Source: Cycas panzhihuaensis
Lineage: Eukaryota; Plantae; Cycadophyta
Length of the DNA: 64,000 bases
Direction of reading: 5' to 3'
NCBI GenBank assembly: GCA_023213395.1
Contig: CM041465.1
Coordinates: forward strand, 229,283,741 to 229,347,740
The position numbers and the translations under genes were made by a program. Positions 28,101 to 43,052 of this stretch are shown piece after piece. Position 1 is the stretch's first letter. The number at the start of each line of letters is the position of its first letter. A model generated the notes under the pieces. That model did not search any database, was not told the origin of the DNA, and saw only the letters and a list, made by a program, of their open reading frames with translations.

Positions 28101-30877
28101 TTTAGAGTGTTAAATAAATCCCTTGTCTAGTAGTTCTATGATCTCTCTTTTCACTTCTTCTTTTTCTTCATAGCTTAGTCAATATTAAATTTAACTAACT
28201 AGCCTTAATCCTTCTTTAAATACTATTTGGTGATCAACTTCCCTTGTATTGATCTTTTACTTAATTCCTATAAATATATTACATAGCATGTTGGTGATGG
28301 TTTCTTCTCAAATCTCTTAAGCTATACCATTGAAACCATTGGTATGCTTCTTAAATCTTTATCACCTTGAAACTCTATCTGCAATCCTTTATGCTCAATT
28401 TGCAAGATGTGATCTTTTCATGATATATACACATCATTATTGTGTAGCCATTTCTAACTCAAAACTATATCATACCTACTAATGCACATAATGTCTAGAT
28501 CTACTTTGCCCTTATATCCTTGTATTCTAATAGGCACCTGTGAAAGATAATTATACTAGATTTCTTTCTTATTACCATCAATGAATTTTACTTGGTATTC
28601 ATATTCAATAGGTATTGTTTACATTCCTATCTTACTATAGAATTTTATAGAAATAAAAGTATAAGTGCAACCATTATCTATTAGAATTATGACTAGAACT
28701 CTATTTAAGTACCCTTTTATTAGAAAAAGATTTGTACTTATGAACTCATCTTCATAGACCTTCTTGTTCATTATGTTCAGAATTATTTTATTTATATTTT
28801 TATGGATATAAAGTACCCAATTTATTTTCAATTGAAGCTGAGTATCTTTTTATTGTTCTAATTGAAATTGCTTTATATAGGATTATTTTCCCATGTTTTT
28901 TTGTTGTGTTGGATTAGTTGTCTTTGGAGTCTTACATGCCAGTTTAATATGACCTATTCTCCCACACTTATAACATCTTGGACCTTTCTTTAGTTTGCCT
29001 TGTTGCCTTCTTAGAGCACCTTAGAACTTAGGCGTGACTTTTTAAAAATTAAAAATATATTTGCTATACATAAATTCATTTTTCTTTGGAATGTCATCCT
29101 TTGTGGCGACACAACATTTTAAATTACTTTCCATTTTAGTGCTTTGCTTATGGCATCCTCTTATGTTTATGGTTTAACCATCACCAATGGATTCTTTATA
29201 TGATATTTAGGCCATGAATATAATGATGGATCTTGAAGCTTAAAGGCATTTTAAACACTCTTGCGAAAAGATTCTCAATTTTGATATTGTAGTCTTTCAT
29301 TGATGATGTTTGTTTTACAAGTTGTATCTTCTTTAAGGCATCCTCTTGATTTATATCTAAAGCAAAGTGTTTATCAAAAGTTTCATTTATTTCTTCCCAT
29401 GATGTTATGGGTTCTCTTTTTCATGTATCTATCTTTGCTCCAAGATTTATCCACCACCTATGTGTATTGACTCTTAAGGCAAACTAAACAAGTTTACACT
29501 TATTTTTAGGATTAATACTAAAAGCCTTGAAGTAGCTTTCTACTGCTTTAATCCAAGATTTATATTTGGATGTATCTCCTCCACCATTAGATTCTAGAAT
29601 TTTAATATTTTTGAATTATTTTCTATCTGGCATTCTTTTTTATTTTTTATCAGTCCTTTGTCTTTTCGATGGGTTTTCAACATCTAAAATTTTGCCCCCT
29701 CTCTTTAGATGTAAATCAAACTATTTGGTTTATTCCTCTTGTTTGTTATTTAGTTGTTCCTTGTATATGATCATAAAATCGTTTAGTTCTTGTAAAGTTT
29801 GATTTACATCTTAAACTTGTATTTTCAACTCTATAATTAAATTTTAGTGTTTCTTTATACTTCTTGTTGTTCTTGTATAAGAGACCTAAGGGTCGTTGCA
29901 TGAGGAAATTGCCATGGAGCTATCCCCATCTTAATTTATGGGTTATTTTCCTTTCTTGTTTTCACCTCCTTAGAGGTTTTTCCTCCTTTATTTGAGTCTC
30001 TTAATGGAATCCTAAGATGTCTCCTAGCAGCATCCATGGCAGGAGACTTAGTTATAGTTTATTTTCTAGCAAAAGCCAAAATGGGAGACTTTCCTTTAGT
30101 CTTGACTTCTCGTTCTACCCCCTTTGCAACTTGCAAGGTTATATGTTTAACAAAATTAATGTTTTATTTATCCCTTTTATGAGGGAAATTGGTTCGATGA
30201 TTTAAGTAGAAATGAGGCAAATATTTACTAAGGTACACAACCCACCATAGGGTATTCCTATATGTATTACTTCTAGTGTCAGGCTAGAAACGTGCCTTGT
30301 ATATCCTCCCTCTTCAACTAAATCCATGGTGGTGTTCCCACATGCTAGATATACGAATGATGTTTAGGACTCATTTTAGACATTAGATATAACACTAAGC
30401 TAACTGCATACAATAGTTGCATCCTTCATTAGATGTATTATGTGATTCTTCTACACGAGAAGAGACCACTCCCTCTTAGAGGGTGACATCCTTTTATTTT
30501 TATAATGTGTCTCATAAATATAATTGTAAGATAACTAGTTATCAAATTTAAAGGCCCTATTTCTCAAGGATTCTCTCACTTCCCACTAAGGGACCAATCT
30601 TACTAAAAGGCATATACCCAAAGTTTTGTCCATTCTTTAGAGGTATTAAGTGGTCTTTGTACTTAGTATAATACATCAAGAAGGTATCATGCATCGTGTC
30701 TCCTAGTTGATCTACCTTAGTAAATGTTAACCCATTCCCTATATCCCTTTCAATCTTGTCTAAGAAATAGATCATGGTAAATCCATACACATGTATTGCT
30801 AAAAAAATTTCATAAATCTTCTTTCTTTCAACATTAATGGCAATAAGACATGTATAACACCTAAAGATCCACCCTAA

Positions 30878-31095
30878 GCAACATGTATAATTAGGAGTAA
30901 ATTATCCAAGGGTCTTCCAAAAGTAACACATGTTAAGGGATACATATATACTTATAATCTGACTAAGGGGTTCTCTCGAAGCAACACATGCTAAGGGGTA
31001 AACTACATAAGTCCTCTTAAAGCAACACATGCTAAGGGCTATATATATGCATTCCTTTCATGAGTCCACCCAAAACAACATATGCTAAGGGATCA
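30878..31095. repeat. Short imperfect tandem repeats (core gcaacacatgctaaggg) inside the Gypsy LTR; second copy at ~25215-25390
   Basis: Four to five recurrences of the core motif at ~40-60-bp spacing in each LTR copy. Confidence 0.7.
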
Positions 31096-33728
31096 TAAAA
31101 ATCTTCTAACTAATAGAGTTCTTAATATATCTTTCAAATTTTTATTTTTTATTAAAAAAAATAATGTCTTATTCTAAGTTTCTCCTTTGTTTCTTCATGT
31201 AATTTCATAGGGAAATAGATCTACATATGACACATTCAAAGAGAGTTTATACTTGTAGTTTGTATGGCCCTACATACAATTACATGACTATTATACAAAC
31301 TTATCGTATTGGGATGCAATTTTTTCAAATTATAGAAAATTTCATCTTGAATCTAAATACATAAAGTTTTTGAAATTTTGATGGCTAAAACTCAAGTTAT
31401 AAGTATTTTATTTACTCTATGGATTTATAAAAATAAATTTTGAATTATTTTTAGAAAATCAATAATTACAAAGTACCTTCTTTATTCTAGCATACACTTT
31501 GATGCCATCCTCCATCATGGTAATATATTCGAAGATATTTAACAAAGCTATAATACATTGACCTCTTGTGCTCTCCTCACGAGTTGAACTTTTCACTAGG
31601 TATGACAACATCTCCTTGCTCTTCTAACTTGTATTCTTCTTTCTTGATGGCCAATATGTGTTTATATAAGATGGAGTTATGGAGGGATTTCTTTTTAGAG
31701 AGGTGGTGAAGAAGTCTTACTTGAGAACTTGGTTATTTAGAGAGTAAATTACATTCTACATATTTTGCACTACTTTTCATACTCCCCACTTATGCATACT
31801 TTCTTAACTTTAACTCTTCTTTTTTTTCCACTTTAACTTCTGAAATTAAATTGAGGGTTTTAGACATTGAAGGCGAAACCCCTCCTATAATAAGTTCAAG
31901 CCTCTAAAGCAAAAAGAAGAACCACATGAGAAAGACTATAGAAATATGCAATTCAAGACTATAGATGAAGATTCTAAATTAAAATATGAGTTAATTAAAG
32001 AGAATGAACTAACTAAGGAAGTGGTTCAACTTTAAACGACTCCTAGAGGAGGTCAACTTGAGTGACAAGGCAACCTAGCAAGTATACTCTTAAAAACTTT
32101 TGTTATGTTTCTTTTATTTTAACTGCTATAAATAATGATCCAAGAACTCTTTAAGAGGCTCTTGAGTCAAAAGAGAGTAACTTCTAGAAGAAAGTCACGG
32201 AAGATAAATTGATGGCCTTGGATAAGAATAAAACATGACTTGATAAAGTTATCAAGTAGTAGAAAACCTATTGAGAACAAATACCTCTTCAAGAAGAAGT
32301 TTGAGGTAGACGGCAATATGGAAAAAGTATAAAGCCCAATTCATAATAAAAGATTATTCCTAGATAAAGGAAATATATTTTGGTGAGGTATATTCTTCTA
32401 TTGTAAAGTTAGTTTCAATTAGATTTTTATTAGTTGTAACAACTTTCTATGATCTTAAAATGGAGTAAATAGATATGAAGACAACTTTTTTTTATGGCGA
32501 CTTCGAAGAAGAGACTTATATATTACAACTTGAAGGTTTCAAAGTTATAGGTAAGGATAATTTGGTGTACAGATCGAAGAAATCATTATATGGCTTAAGG
32601 TAGTCACCAAGGATTAGTACTAGAAATTTAATACACATATATTGGGGGATGGTTTTCAATGAAGCAAAGTTGATCACTATATTTACAACAAATATGTTGG
32701 TAATTATTTTGTTATCTTGGCTTTGTATGTTGAATACATTTTGTTAATAGATAATAGTAAAAGAATGATTAAATTTGTGAAAGCCCAATTGGCATCTCAC
32801 TTTGCGATAAATAACTTTGGTACAACACACTTTATTTTGGGTATTGAGATTAATAGAAAGAGGTAGAATAGAAAACTTTGGCTTATCCAAAAGAGATATA
32901 TTGAATTGATACTATAGAGATTTAGGTTGTGAGATTACAAACTTCTCAATATGCCTATTTCTGTTTGAACCCAACTATTATTTGAGTAATACCCAAAGAC
33001 TCATCAAGATATTGAGGATATGTCTTTCGTTCCCTATGCAAGTGCAATTAGAAGTTTTATGTATGCTATAGTTTGTGCTAGACCAAACATTGTTTATGTA
33101 ATGGGAGTTACAAGCAGATACATATCTAATCTAGATAAACAACATTTGAGTTGCAGTGAAGAGAGTTTTCAGGTCTTGCAAGGAACATCAAATTATATAA
33201 TTTGCTACCAGAAAAGTCCTATGTTGAACATAACAATGGATCTAAAAGGTTTTGTTGATGTTAATTAGACTAGAGATATTGACAACAAAAGATCTATAAG
33301 TGGTTATGTGTTTAAGCTATTTAGTAACGTAATTAGTTGAATGAATAAGTGATAGCTCATTGTGACATTCTTAAGTATTAAAGTTGAGTATATGACAACT
33401 ACACTTATAAAAACGTTGTTTGGCTTCAAAGATTATGTATAAATACTAGATTTATATAGAATATAACGATGATAGATTATGATAGTCAAAATGCAATTTA
33501 TCAGTATTTAATACTCGATCGAAGCATATTAATATGTAGTTCTATTTTGTCAAAGACATGATAGAGAGTCATAAAGTGGACTTGTAGAAATGTGATACAT
33601 AAGAAAATTTAGATGATTCATTGACTAAAGTAGTTAGTACAAAGACGTTTACTTGGTACAGGAGAACAAAGGGTGTTCTAAAATTTGTGTATATTGATTC
33701 TTTACAAAGTATTCAACAAGTAAGAGTA

Positions 33729-34077
33729 TGGTGGATATGTTGAATACTTTGCAAGGTATTACATGGATATAGGTATTAGACATAGACCCAATTAGTAGGG
33801 CTTAGTAGATTTGTACCTATTATATTGTGATACCACTAATCAATTTCATATAAAATTATGTCTATATATACTTTTGTATCAGAACATATAAAAAGGTTCA
33901 AGAGGATTGTGAGTTGAGATTTACTCTATATTCTTTAATAGTTTTTATGTTTAATAAAAGTAGTCTATCATTAGGCTTATATATCTGATTATTCTTGTTG
34001 ATGAGCTTAGTTTATTTCCTTTGCATTATCATAAGTTCTATTTTCATATAGCTTCTTTATTTTTATATTTTCTAACA
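33729..34077 (+). repeat. 3' LTR of the split Copia element
   Basis: Follows RNase H end and a decayed PPT (caagtaagagta); tg...tctaaca termini. No partner LTR seen. Confidence 0.65.
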
Positions 34078-37000
34078 TATAGGATTGTGAGGTGGTTGAT
34101 AATATAATGTGAAAGTTTGATAGTTAAATATTTGAATATAATATGTTATGAATATTGTAATGCATTGGTAACACTTGTATATTCCTATAGGCTAATGGAC
34201 AATTGTATCTTTGTATATAAAAGCTCTATGATATAATTTGTTTATGAAAGATCCTTATTCTAGAGTTAGTTGGGTGTGGTATTATGTGTTATGGTAGTGT
34301 ATCTATTTGAAACACCCAACATGCATTGCATCACTTCTTCCATTTAAATGTGTTTTAATTGATTTAGATTGATAATAGATTGGATATACTTTACCTAAAC
34401 TATTCAATTACAACATAGGGTTATGTGTTATATAATGCATTCAATGGATGCTACTAAGGTTTTTGCAATATTATTTTTCATTATCAAACTACATGGACCA
34501 ACACTATGCTCTTGATGTAATTCATATCAAATGTTCTTCAATAGAACCACTAATTAAACTTTTCTTGGTTATAAGACTAGATCGAAGATACAAAATGAAT
34601 TGCTGAATGATTGGGTGATAGGTTATGTGATTAATGACAAACTATCCAACTTCCTTTCATATAGTCAGTGATCACTTAAGCATGTCCCATTGAGTATGAT
34701 TTTACATTCAAAATTTATGACCTTTCATAATTCTACTTTCATAACAAAAATGTTTGAGAATGATTAATCATAAGATATCTAATACTAACATATGGTTCAA
34801 CTTTTTGGTTAATCACCTTCATGCTAATTAAGCTATCTATCTCTCATATCATAGTTGGTTACCTTCTTCTTAGTCCAACTACCTCCAGAATGTCCCAAAA
34901 CTTGTTATTGGACTACTATTTGTTAGTGACTTGCTTTTATAGGCATTGATTATCATCACAATTTGCCAATTCCTTGATAGCTATCATTTCCATTGTATAG
35001 GTCTAAGGCAAAACTAAGATATAAAATATTGCTCTGATGTATGATTGACAAGGTTCTCTAAGGTGTCTGGTACATTTGCATATCTTAAACCCTATTATTT
35101 AATTTATGCACTTAACTTACATGTTCTTCCATTTATGCAAGAATTTCATGTCTCAAATTTTTGGACAACAAGATAGCTTTATGGTTACATGTTGTAGAAA
35201 ACAAAGATGGACTTCAATACTAGACTTTTACGCATTTATGCTAGAATAGAGCAAGGATTTTAGACTTAAAATAAGCATGTAATTTATGATGATTTGCACC
35301 ATTATTTAGTTGCATTTGCATTGCAAAATGATGGGATTGTATGGAGGATGTGGTTCTCCATACATATGTGTTATAATCATGTTTATGATTTGCTTTAAAA
35401 TGTTCTAAAGTTATCTTGTGTTATAGGGGCAAGGAAAAATGTCTTATATGCTTATGTTGCATAAAATAAGTCTATCTTTTCAAACCCAAAAAACATTGTT
35501 ATTCATACCTTGATATTTACGTCCATGTGATATAAATTATGGTTGTTCAAACAAATTGTATATGTTGTATAAGGCTATGAAAATGTCATATTATGGATAT
35601 TTATGGTTTGCATGAATGTCTAGGCTTATGTTAAGTTGTCTTAAGATTTGGAAGTGGAAAGGAGAGTACGAAAATGTTATGGAATGTATGTTTGAAAATA
35701 GCATTGATATACTAGTGGACTATCACTACAAATCTAGGGCACTACAATGATTAGCTACGATTATAGATGCACATATAATGATAAGTTGCCATTGTAATGA
35801 TGAGATATATATGTATTGAATTATAGCAATGAATTCCCATCACAAACTATTAATGTAATCATGGGTTACTATTGTAATATTGACCAACCAATGGGAAATC
35901 ATCAATGTAAGGATTAGGAAATCATGAACATTGATATGTGGTGATAAATACTTGGTAAGCCCTAAATGAGTCCTAGAATGACCAATTCCCTACTCCCTAA
36001 TATCTTATGTCATTACCTTGTGGTTTTAAGAGTGACAATATGTAAATGAATGTTGAAATGTTTAGCATGAGTTGTATAGTGCTACTATATGCTTGAGCCA
36101 TACGTGCATGGAAGCATGCACTTATACATATATAAAGTTGAATGCAACACCAACTAATATATAACAAACTCAAGTACACATCTAAGGATTGTTAAGGCTA
36201 AGTTCTATATTGTAATCACAATTAAGATTAATCTAGCCTAGATGGTCATATAATAATGAGGTCATTTGTTAATGAAGAGTCGTATGTATCAATCCAAAAG
36301 GCACACCATTCTATGGGGTTTGAACCTTGGGTGGGTTTACATGCTCATTCTCGCATTCCACGTAATTGGAAAGCCAAATGATTTTATTGTACACAATTTC
36401 TATTGACTGTGGAACTATGTTGTGAATTTAAATGTTTGTGATTATTATGCAATGCATTTGTTATGAGATTTTGTGGTATGTAGTTGGTGAAGACATGAAT
36501 GTGTAATGCAACAACAAATCCAAGTCTTGCCACCTTGAGTAGCATTACAATGGTTGACCTATTAAAAAGCCGAATGGACCCATAAAATTGTTGATAAAAA
36601 CATAACCTCGAAAAATAATGAACTTGAGATGGTCCCAAACCACCAATCTTTTCAACTTCTCCTCCAAAAGAAGAACTTCATCCCAACAATATAGATGCAC
36701 TCAATTAATTAATGAATGAATATGTATCCAAAATGACCTAGAAGACATGCAAATAAAGCATAGTAATTAACACCTTATCCAGGATGGTCCAATGGAACAA
36801 CATAATGAAGACTTGACAACCATTACGAGATAACAAAAAAAGAAGAAGGCATAAGAATGTTGTTACCTTTCTACATTAATTTAGTAATTTTTTAGATTAA
36901 GAAGAAAATGAAGGAAAGAAAATTGTACTAAAATCATTTACATTAAATGTAGAAAGACTTCCACATTAAATTTATATACCTTTTTATGGGAAGATTAAGA

Positions 37001-38743
37001 AAGTTCTATGGGAAGGAGAATAATTTTACATGATAAGAATAACCCTTCCTAATGAGGTTCATTTTGGTCCTCATCATTCTCTGTGATTACCTTTTCTTGC
37101 TTTCATGATGATTTTGTAAGCCTTAGGACACTCTAAATTGGAAGTCTTAGTCCTGAAATGTTGTCCTTATTACTTGGAAAAAAATGCCTATTATAACAAC
37201 ATTTTGATATAGTTTGTACAATGATCAAACTCCTGACTTACTAGTATCTGTGATGTGATAACTTAGTAGTTACCAATACACTACTAATGGCTAGTCATAA
37301 ACATGCAAATGGATTAAGACTTTGTATTTTGAGTAATGACAACCTACCAAGAATTATGGGCAGTTGTCATAACTTACCAAACCATGTATAAATTCTTTTC
37401 TCCTTTCTAATGAATATATAGAATGAATTTTTTAGTTTGTTGGTTGTCTTTTCTTTCATGTATGTGTTTCCATTTGGCTTGTCTAGTACACACCTTTGTG
37501 CCATTGTTGAGGACAAGAAGGAAGTGCTACCAACTGCAAGGGTAACACTACAAGAGGGTGCCTATGTACCTTAGTTTCTCTGACTTTGTTTGTTAGGCCA
37601 TTACTTTTGCATAGGGTTTATGACAGAACCGTGTGAATGGAAAGCTAACAAACAAAATAGTTTGGTAGAGTTTTGATTATTGTTGCATAGCCTTAGTTTG
37701 GTGACTCCTTAGTCTGCCAATTTCCAAGCTTACATACCCTAAATTGACATGATTTCTTTAGTGAGTTTCCATAGAACTTTCATTGAAGTTATAAAGCCAA
37801 TTCAACACAAATTATTTTGGCAATGATTTTGGGGAACCTAGCAGCCAAAATTTATAGGTTGTGTAGAAAGAGAAATGAGCATTGAAATTCTCTTAAATAT
37901 TGGGTATGAATGGCCAACATCAAAATGCCTTGTAAAGGTTTACAATAGAGCATTCTTAATCATTTTAGTAAAGCCCAAAGAGGGAATAGGCAAGTAGTCC
38001 CAGAAATGAAGTTCAAGATCATACCACAACAATGGCAACAGTATAGAAGGCATTGAAGCATGACAAAATAAAGAAATTTAAAATTTCCAAGGGGATGTTC
38101 AATTTGATAGAGTCATTGCATACCTTCCAAGACATACAATCTCATGTATCAAGAGCAAGTTATTTTCCTTAGAATTCAATCATGTTTAGCAAGAAGCCCA
38201 TTGGTGAATGACTCATGGGAAACTTTTAAATCTTTCTAGAAGATTTGTAATGAAGATGAGAAAGATTTGATGGCTAGAATGTTTGTGTAATGAGTTTAAA
38301 TACTCAAAAGAGAAACCCAATATCATAATGGGGAATATTCATATCAAAACTTTTTTATCATATTGCATTTGAGGAGGCACATTAGAAGGAGTATGTAACC
38401 CCTCAACCTATGAGGAAGAATGATCGGAGTCTTGTCTAGTCAATTGTTCTTCATAACAATCTTATAGCAAATGAGCAGGCCTGTCAGACATATGCAACAA
38501 ACCAATAACAAGTGATATCTTGTTGGGATGTTGAGGAGGAGACAATGATGAGGGCAGTGATGATGGTTTTGAAGGTTAGGATATAGAGCTTATGTGATGC
38601 TTTGAGACAGTTGGAGCCTTATTGTGATGATGAGTATAAATTGGCAACCTCTAGAATTAATCAACTAATATATAGACTCTAGGTGGTGCATGTTCACTGG
38701 ATTGGTACCATCTTTTAGCCACACCTTCTTTTCATGCTATTTC

Positions 38744-41700
38744 TGTTAAATTTTAACATGCAAAGCATCCAACTCCAAATACAATCACAAGATCGATAAC
38801 CAAAGCATAACCTGCATTCAATTAACATAAGCATAACACTAATGCATCATAGACTCAACATGAGTCTCCATGATGACTTGATGACATATACTATCTCAAC
38901 TACCTTTAAATACAAAATAGGTGGGAGGACATACAAGACAAGTAATGCATGTGGGACAATTACCTTTATCCTGACCAATGACATTACACCAACTAACTTG
39001 ACCAATAAGTTTCTATCTTCTCACACTATTATAATGATAAATGACTCTTGGACTCTAAGACTTAGGACTATGACTATTTATTCTAAGACACACTTTACTT
39101 AACCATACACAACATTAAACATTATACTCTAACACCTCCCCATAATGTTTAATGTCAAGACTACAAAAAGTGACTGAATCCTAAAGACTAACATGACACT
39201 TGACAATGAACTTAGAACATTAAACATGACCTCTAATGGACTCTAATTTGATCAACATGTACTTTACTTTCTTTGAATTTACAACGTCTTGATCTTGGAA
39301 AGGTTTTGAACACAATATCTTGGACTTGATCTTGGTCTTCAATCCTGTAATGTCGCCTTTGGAGTAGTTCTTTGGAGTGACGATTCTTGAACTTTGTCTT
39401 CTTTGTCTTCATATGCAATTGGGAACCCTTTATTACACAAAATGTGTAGTAGATCAAGCTTGAGTTGACTTGTGCTTGGTGAGGGTCTGTCAGGTGTTTC
39501 TGCATATACGTATCAAAGGTGTCTTCAAGGTGTACATCAAATATGTCTTCCATCAGAATTCTGGCTACCACATGTTTGCTTCCACTTTCTTCAACATGTG
39601 AGTGATCAAACAAATAAATGTCAGCAATTGGAGATAGTTGACAATATCATCAATATCCAAATATGACAACAAGTCATCAAGTGGTGAAACAACATCACTT
39701 GAAGTGTGAACATTGTATAGGCCATCATTATGAGCATTATCATTATCATCATCAATGTTTTGTAAGTCAACATCATTTAAGACATAAGCATGAATATCTT
39801 CATCTTGCATATGTTTCTCTTCAACAAGATCTTCATCAATTTGTGAGCAATTTAGAGTGCAACTAATATCTGAATAAAAAATGACCTCAACAAGATCGTC
39901 AAATGAACAAACTGACTCTACTTCATCATCTTTGATAAGATCATCCTCCCCTGAAGCAATGAATTCATCGAGATGAGTTTCAATTGCTTCATCATAGTTA
40001 CCTGTAGCCAGTTCAACATGCTCATCTGCTTCAACCTTGCCACTTGAAGTAGCAAAACTTCCTTCATCATCTTGTTTACCCATGTTATCAACGGAATTGT
40101 TTTCCCTTTCAAGAGCCTCTTCCACCTCTTGAGGGCTGTTTTCATATGCCTGCTTCAACAAATTACAAGCTTTGTTAGCAGAATCAGTACTTTCAAGTAC
40201 ATTGATGAGGAAGTGATAGGGAGAAGGAAGATTGTCCTTATCAAAGGCTACAAGAATTACATCAATAGCTATTCTATTTTTCTTTTTGAAAGTTTCCTCC
40301 CCTTCTTCGTGATCCATTTCAGTACCTATAATTGTCTTCTAAAGTTCCTTTAACATGAATATGCACTCCATCTTAATTTTCTAGATTCGAAAATTAGTGT
40401 CGGCATATTTGGGCAGGATTATGTTACTGTCTGTTATCCAGAATTCATTAGTTTCTAGTATAAAGACAATAACATCACTCAACTCCATGATGTATGAAGA
40501 AGTCAATCACAGCTATAATTCTCAGGATTCATGCATAAAGAATGGCAAGACCATGAATCCGTTTGGCATCCATTCAAATATACATTTACATGATCAGAGA
40601 ATAATTAAGGGAGCCAAGAAACATACTGTTGAACAGAGTCTAAATTCAAAGCAAAACTCTAGGAACTCCTTGCATAAGGGTCTTCAATACCCTGGAAGCA
40701 AAATGAAATATGGACATCACAGTCTCAAGGAATAAAGATATCATGGATCAAAACTCCTCCAACAACAACACATGCCTCAACTCCTACTTAAGCAAACTGC
40801 CCCACTTGTGTATCAACAACATGTAGTACCAAAATATTCCTCTGTTCAGCAAGAGCACCAATTACAAGAGCAGTCTTAGTTGCAAGAGGTATAGTCTACA
40901 ATATGTTCAAGTGCATTCTCAGTTCTATGCACAGACAATATTCCAGCAACCTATAATGCATCAATAGAAGATATTGTGGCAACAACAATCTAGGCAAATC
41001 TGATCTCAGTCTCAACAGTCTAGGAGTAATCAACAGTTGCAATTCAAGCACCGAGAGATGCATCTAGTTCCTCCACCCATGTGTCAGAAAAATGGCCAAT
41101 TTGTATACCTCATGAAATATTGTTCCAAAAGTTTCGAATGTTTGAAACTTCTAGACACCTCCTCAATTCACAGTGATTGCTAGGTTGTCTGGATTTGATC
41201 TAATCCTCTTGAAATTCCTCTGAATGGCTTGATCCATCTAAAAACATGCATGATGATGAGCATTTTGTTTGCACACTAATTTGTATTCCCAAATCTTAGA
41301 TGAAAAGTCTTCTTCAAATGCTTGATTATAGTTGATTACGTTATGATCTCAAGACACTCTATCAGTTAACAACAACCTGCTCATTCATTGGTTCTCTACC
41401 ACTATTTGTAGATCCATCTGCTATCCCTCAAAAAGCTATATGGTCAAGACTGCAATAACCTCTCCAATACTTCAAAAGTCAATCTTGGCCCTCATTGTCG
41501 CTGTGAATATCCCCTGACAGCTCTTAGATCACCAAATTCTTAAATGATAGTTATTTCTTAAATAACTGACTTGGCATCTAACTTGTTGATGTGCTGCAAA
41601 GCCTATTGAAACAAATTTTGGATTCAAGAAGAGATTGCCTTGATTTAAAGTACTAGCACAATGACCAAAAGAACATCTACAAGTAACCTTTGACACCATT

Positions 41701-43052
41701 CATCCTTGTTTTGAAACTCTTGCAAGACCAGTGAGAACACCCTAAGCTTAATCGATTTGGTAGTCCTTCAAGCTTCGAGATGGACTGTAGGAAAATTAAA
41801 AAAGGACTAAATTTCCATATGTGAAAAAACGATATCACCAGTAAAGGAATCTGTCAACATTCTTTCACAAGGCCCTAGCAAAACCTGCCATGTACATGTC
41901 GATTCAATGTCTGTATTGGATTTGGCTTCAACATCATATGAGATCAGAGCACTGTGATTGTGATTAATAGGAACGTTTGATACGCCAACTTATCATTTCC
42001 CTACACATCTCCTCAATAATACAGTCGATTGCTCAAATCACAATATCAAAGCCATTTGCCACGTCCTGCACTTATTCTCAATCTTCCCTTGGGTGCAGGT
42101 ATCACAATCTTCTATTAAAGGTGGCTCATATGGTTATCTCATCTGCAGCCATATGCCTCTCTTCATAGTTGTAAACCCTGCGGTCAACCTTTGCTCCCGT
42201 GGCACACAATAAGCATAGACAACTCCTCATTATGGACAACCGTGGACGATCTCGATGTAGTAGTCAAAAAGGCAGCTAGCTTTAATAATTTTATTTCACT
42301 CGCCTTCATTTTCATAGATGCATGTATCACAATCTACAAGCGGCTCCATTTGTATCACCCACACAAAGATTAATGGATGGACGACTGCGTTCTCCTCACA
42401 TATCCAAATGGTCACATTTCTATCATGCTTGAGAGCTTCTCCTTCTCTTCCATGCAGGGATTAATAGGGCTAGATTTGATCAACGAGTCCTCTTTCCATC
42501 AATGGTTGGTAGCTCAAACGACTTTGAAATGGCTTAAGACAACCTCAACCAGATTTCTTCTCCCACTATTTATGAACCCACGAATAGCTCTTCAACTGGC
42601 AAATTTGCAATAGACGAGTGCTAGCAGACAAACTCTCTCTCTAACCTGCTCTGATACCCTGTTAAATTTTAACATGCAAAGTATCCAACTCCAAATACAA
42701 TCACAAGATCAATAACCAAAGCATAACCTGCATTCAATTAACATAAGCATAACACTAATGCATCATAGACTCAACATGAGTCTCCATGATGACTTGATGA
42801 CATATACTACCTTAACCACCTTTAAATACAAAATAGGTGGAAGGACATACAAGACAAGTAATACATGTGGGACAATTACCTTTATCCTGACCAATGACAT
42901 TACACCAACTAACTTGACCAATAAACTTCTATCTTCTCACACAATATTATAATGATAAATAACTCTTGGACTCTAAGACTTAGGACTATGACTATTAATC
43001 CTAAGACACACTTTACTTAACTATACACAACATTAAACATTATACTCTAACA
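38744..43052 (-). mobile_element. Pol-less Copia-derived LTR element (4.3 kb; LTRs 38744-39134 and 42660-43052)
   Basis: TSD ATTTC on both sides; tRNA-Met PBS (gctctgataccc 42648-42659); PPT (cctcccc) at 39135. LTRs highly similar (~95% by eye). No RT/INT. Confidence 0.95.
39565..40395 (-). pseudogene. Copia gag N-terminal (UBN2/DUF4219-like) region fused to a long Asp/Glu-rich tail
   Basis: NFRI*KIKMECIFMLKEL*KTI..KKNRIAIDVIL..TDSANKACNLLKQAYE resembles the Copia gag N-terminus; the 250-aa ORF continues as acidic low-complexity sequence. Confidence 0.6.

Larger units (their letters stand above)
19498..31892 (-). mobile_element. Decayed Ty3/Gypsy element with ~1.8-2.3-kb LTRs (~19500-26684, interrupted by a Copia; ~30110-31892)
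   Basis: Long direct repeats. Internal order gag (CYKCGRIGHIKLAC knuckle ~28933-28975), protease (LIDNGCTYTFIS, 28619-28831), RT/RH (~27200-28250). PPT-like tract ~26685-26696; TATA box on minus strand ~26465/31665. Boundaries and TSD (aatta/agttc) degenerate; no integrase recognised. Confidence 0.78.
8170..34077 (+). mobile_element. Old Ty1/Copia element split into three pieces (~8170-8656, 19171-19497, ~31893-34077) by two nested insertions
   Basis: Integrase core (FIDD..VYFL..KFKEFKALVENQT) breaks at 8656 and resumes at 19171. After the RDVV-like motif at ~19475 it resumes at ~31893 into RT (VPYASAIRSFMYA 33020-33268) and RNase H, then a PPT-like tract and LTR 33729-34077. The 5' end is truncated. 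Confidence 0.8.

Noticed and set aside
34400-35330. Possible hAT-like transposase remnant
   Set aside because: Only a faint impression (VLPFMQEFH..); no TIR/TSD and too degenerate to support without an HMM search.
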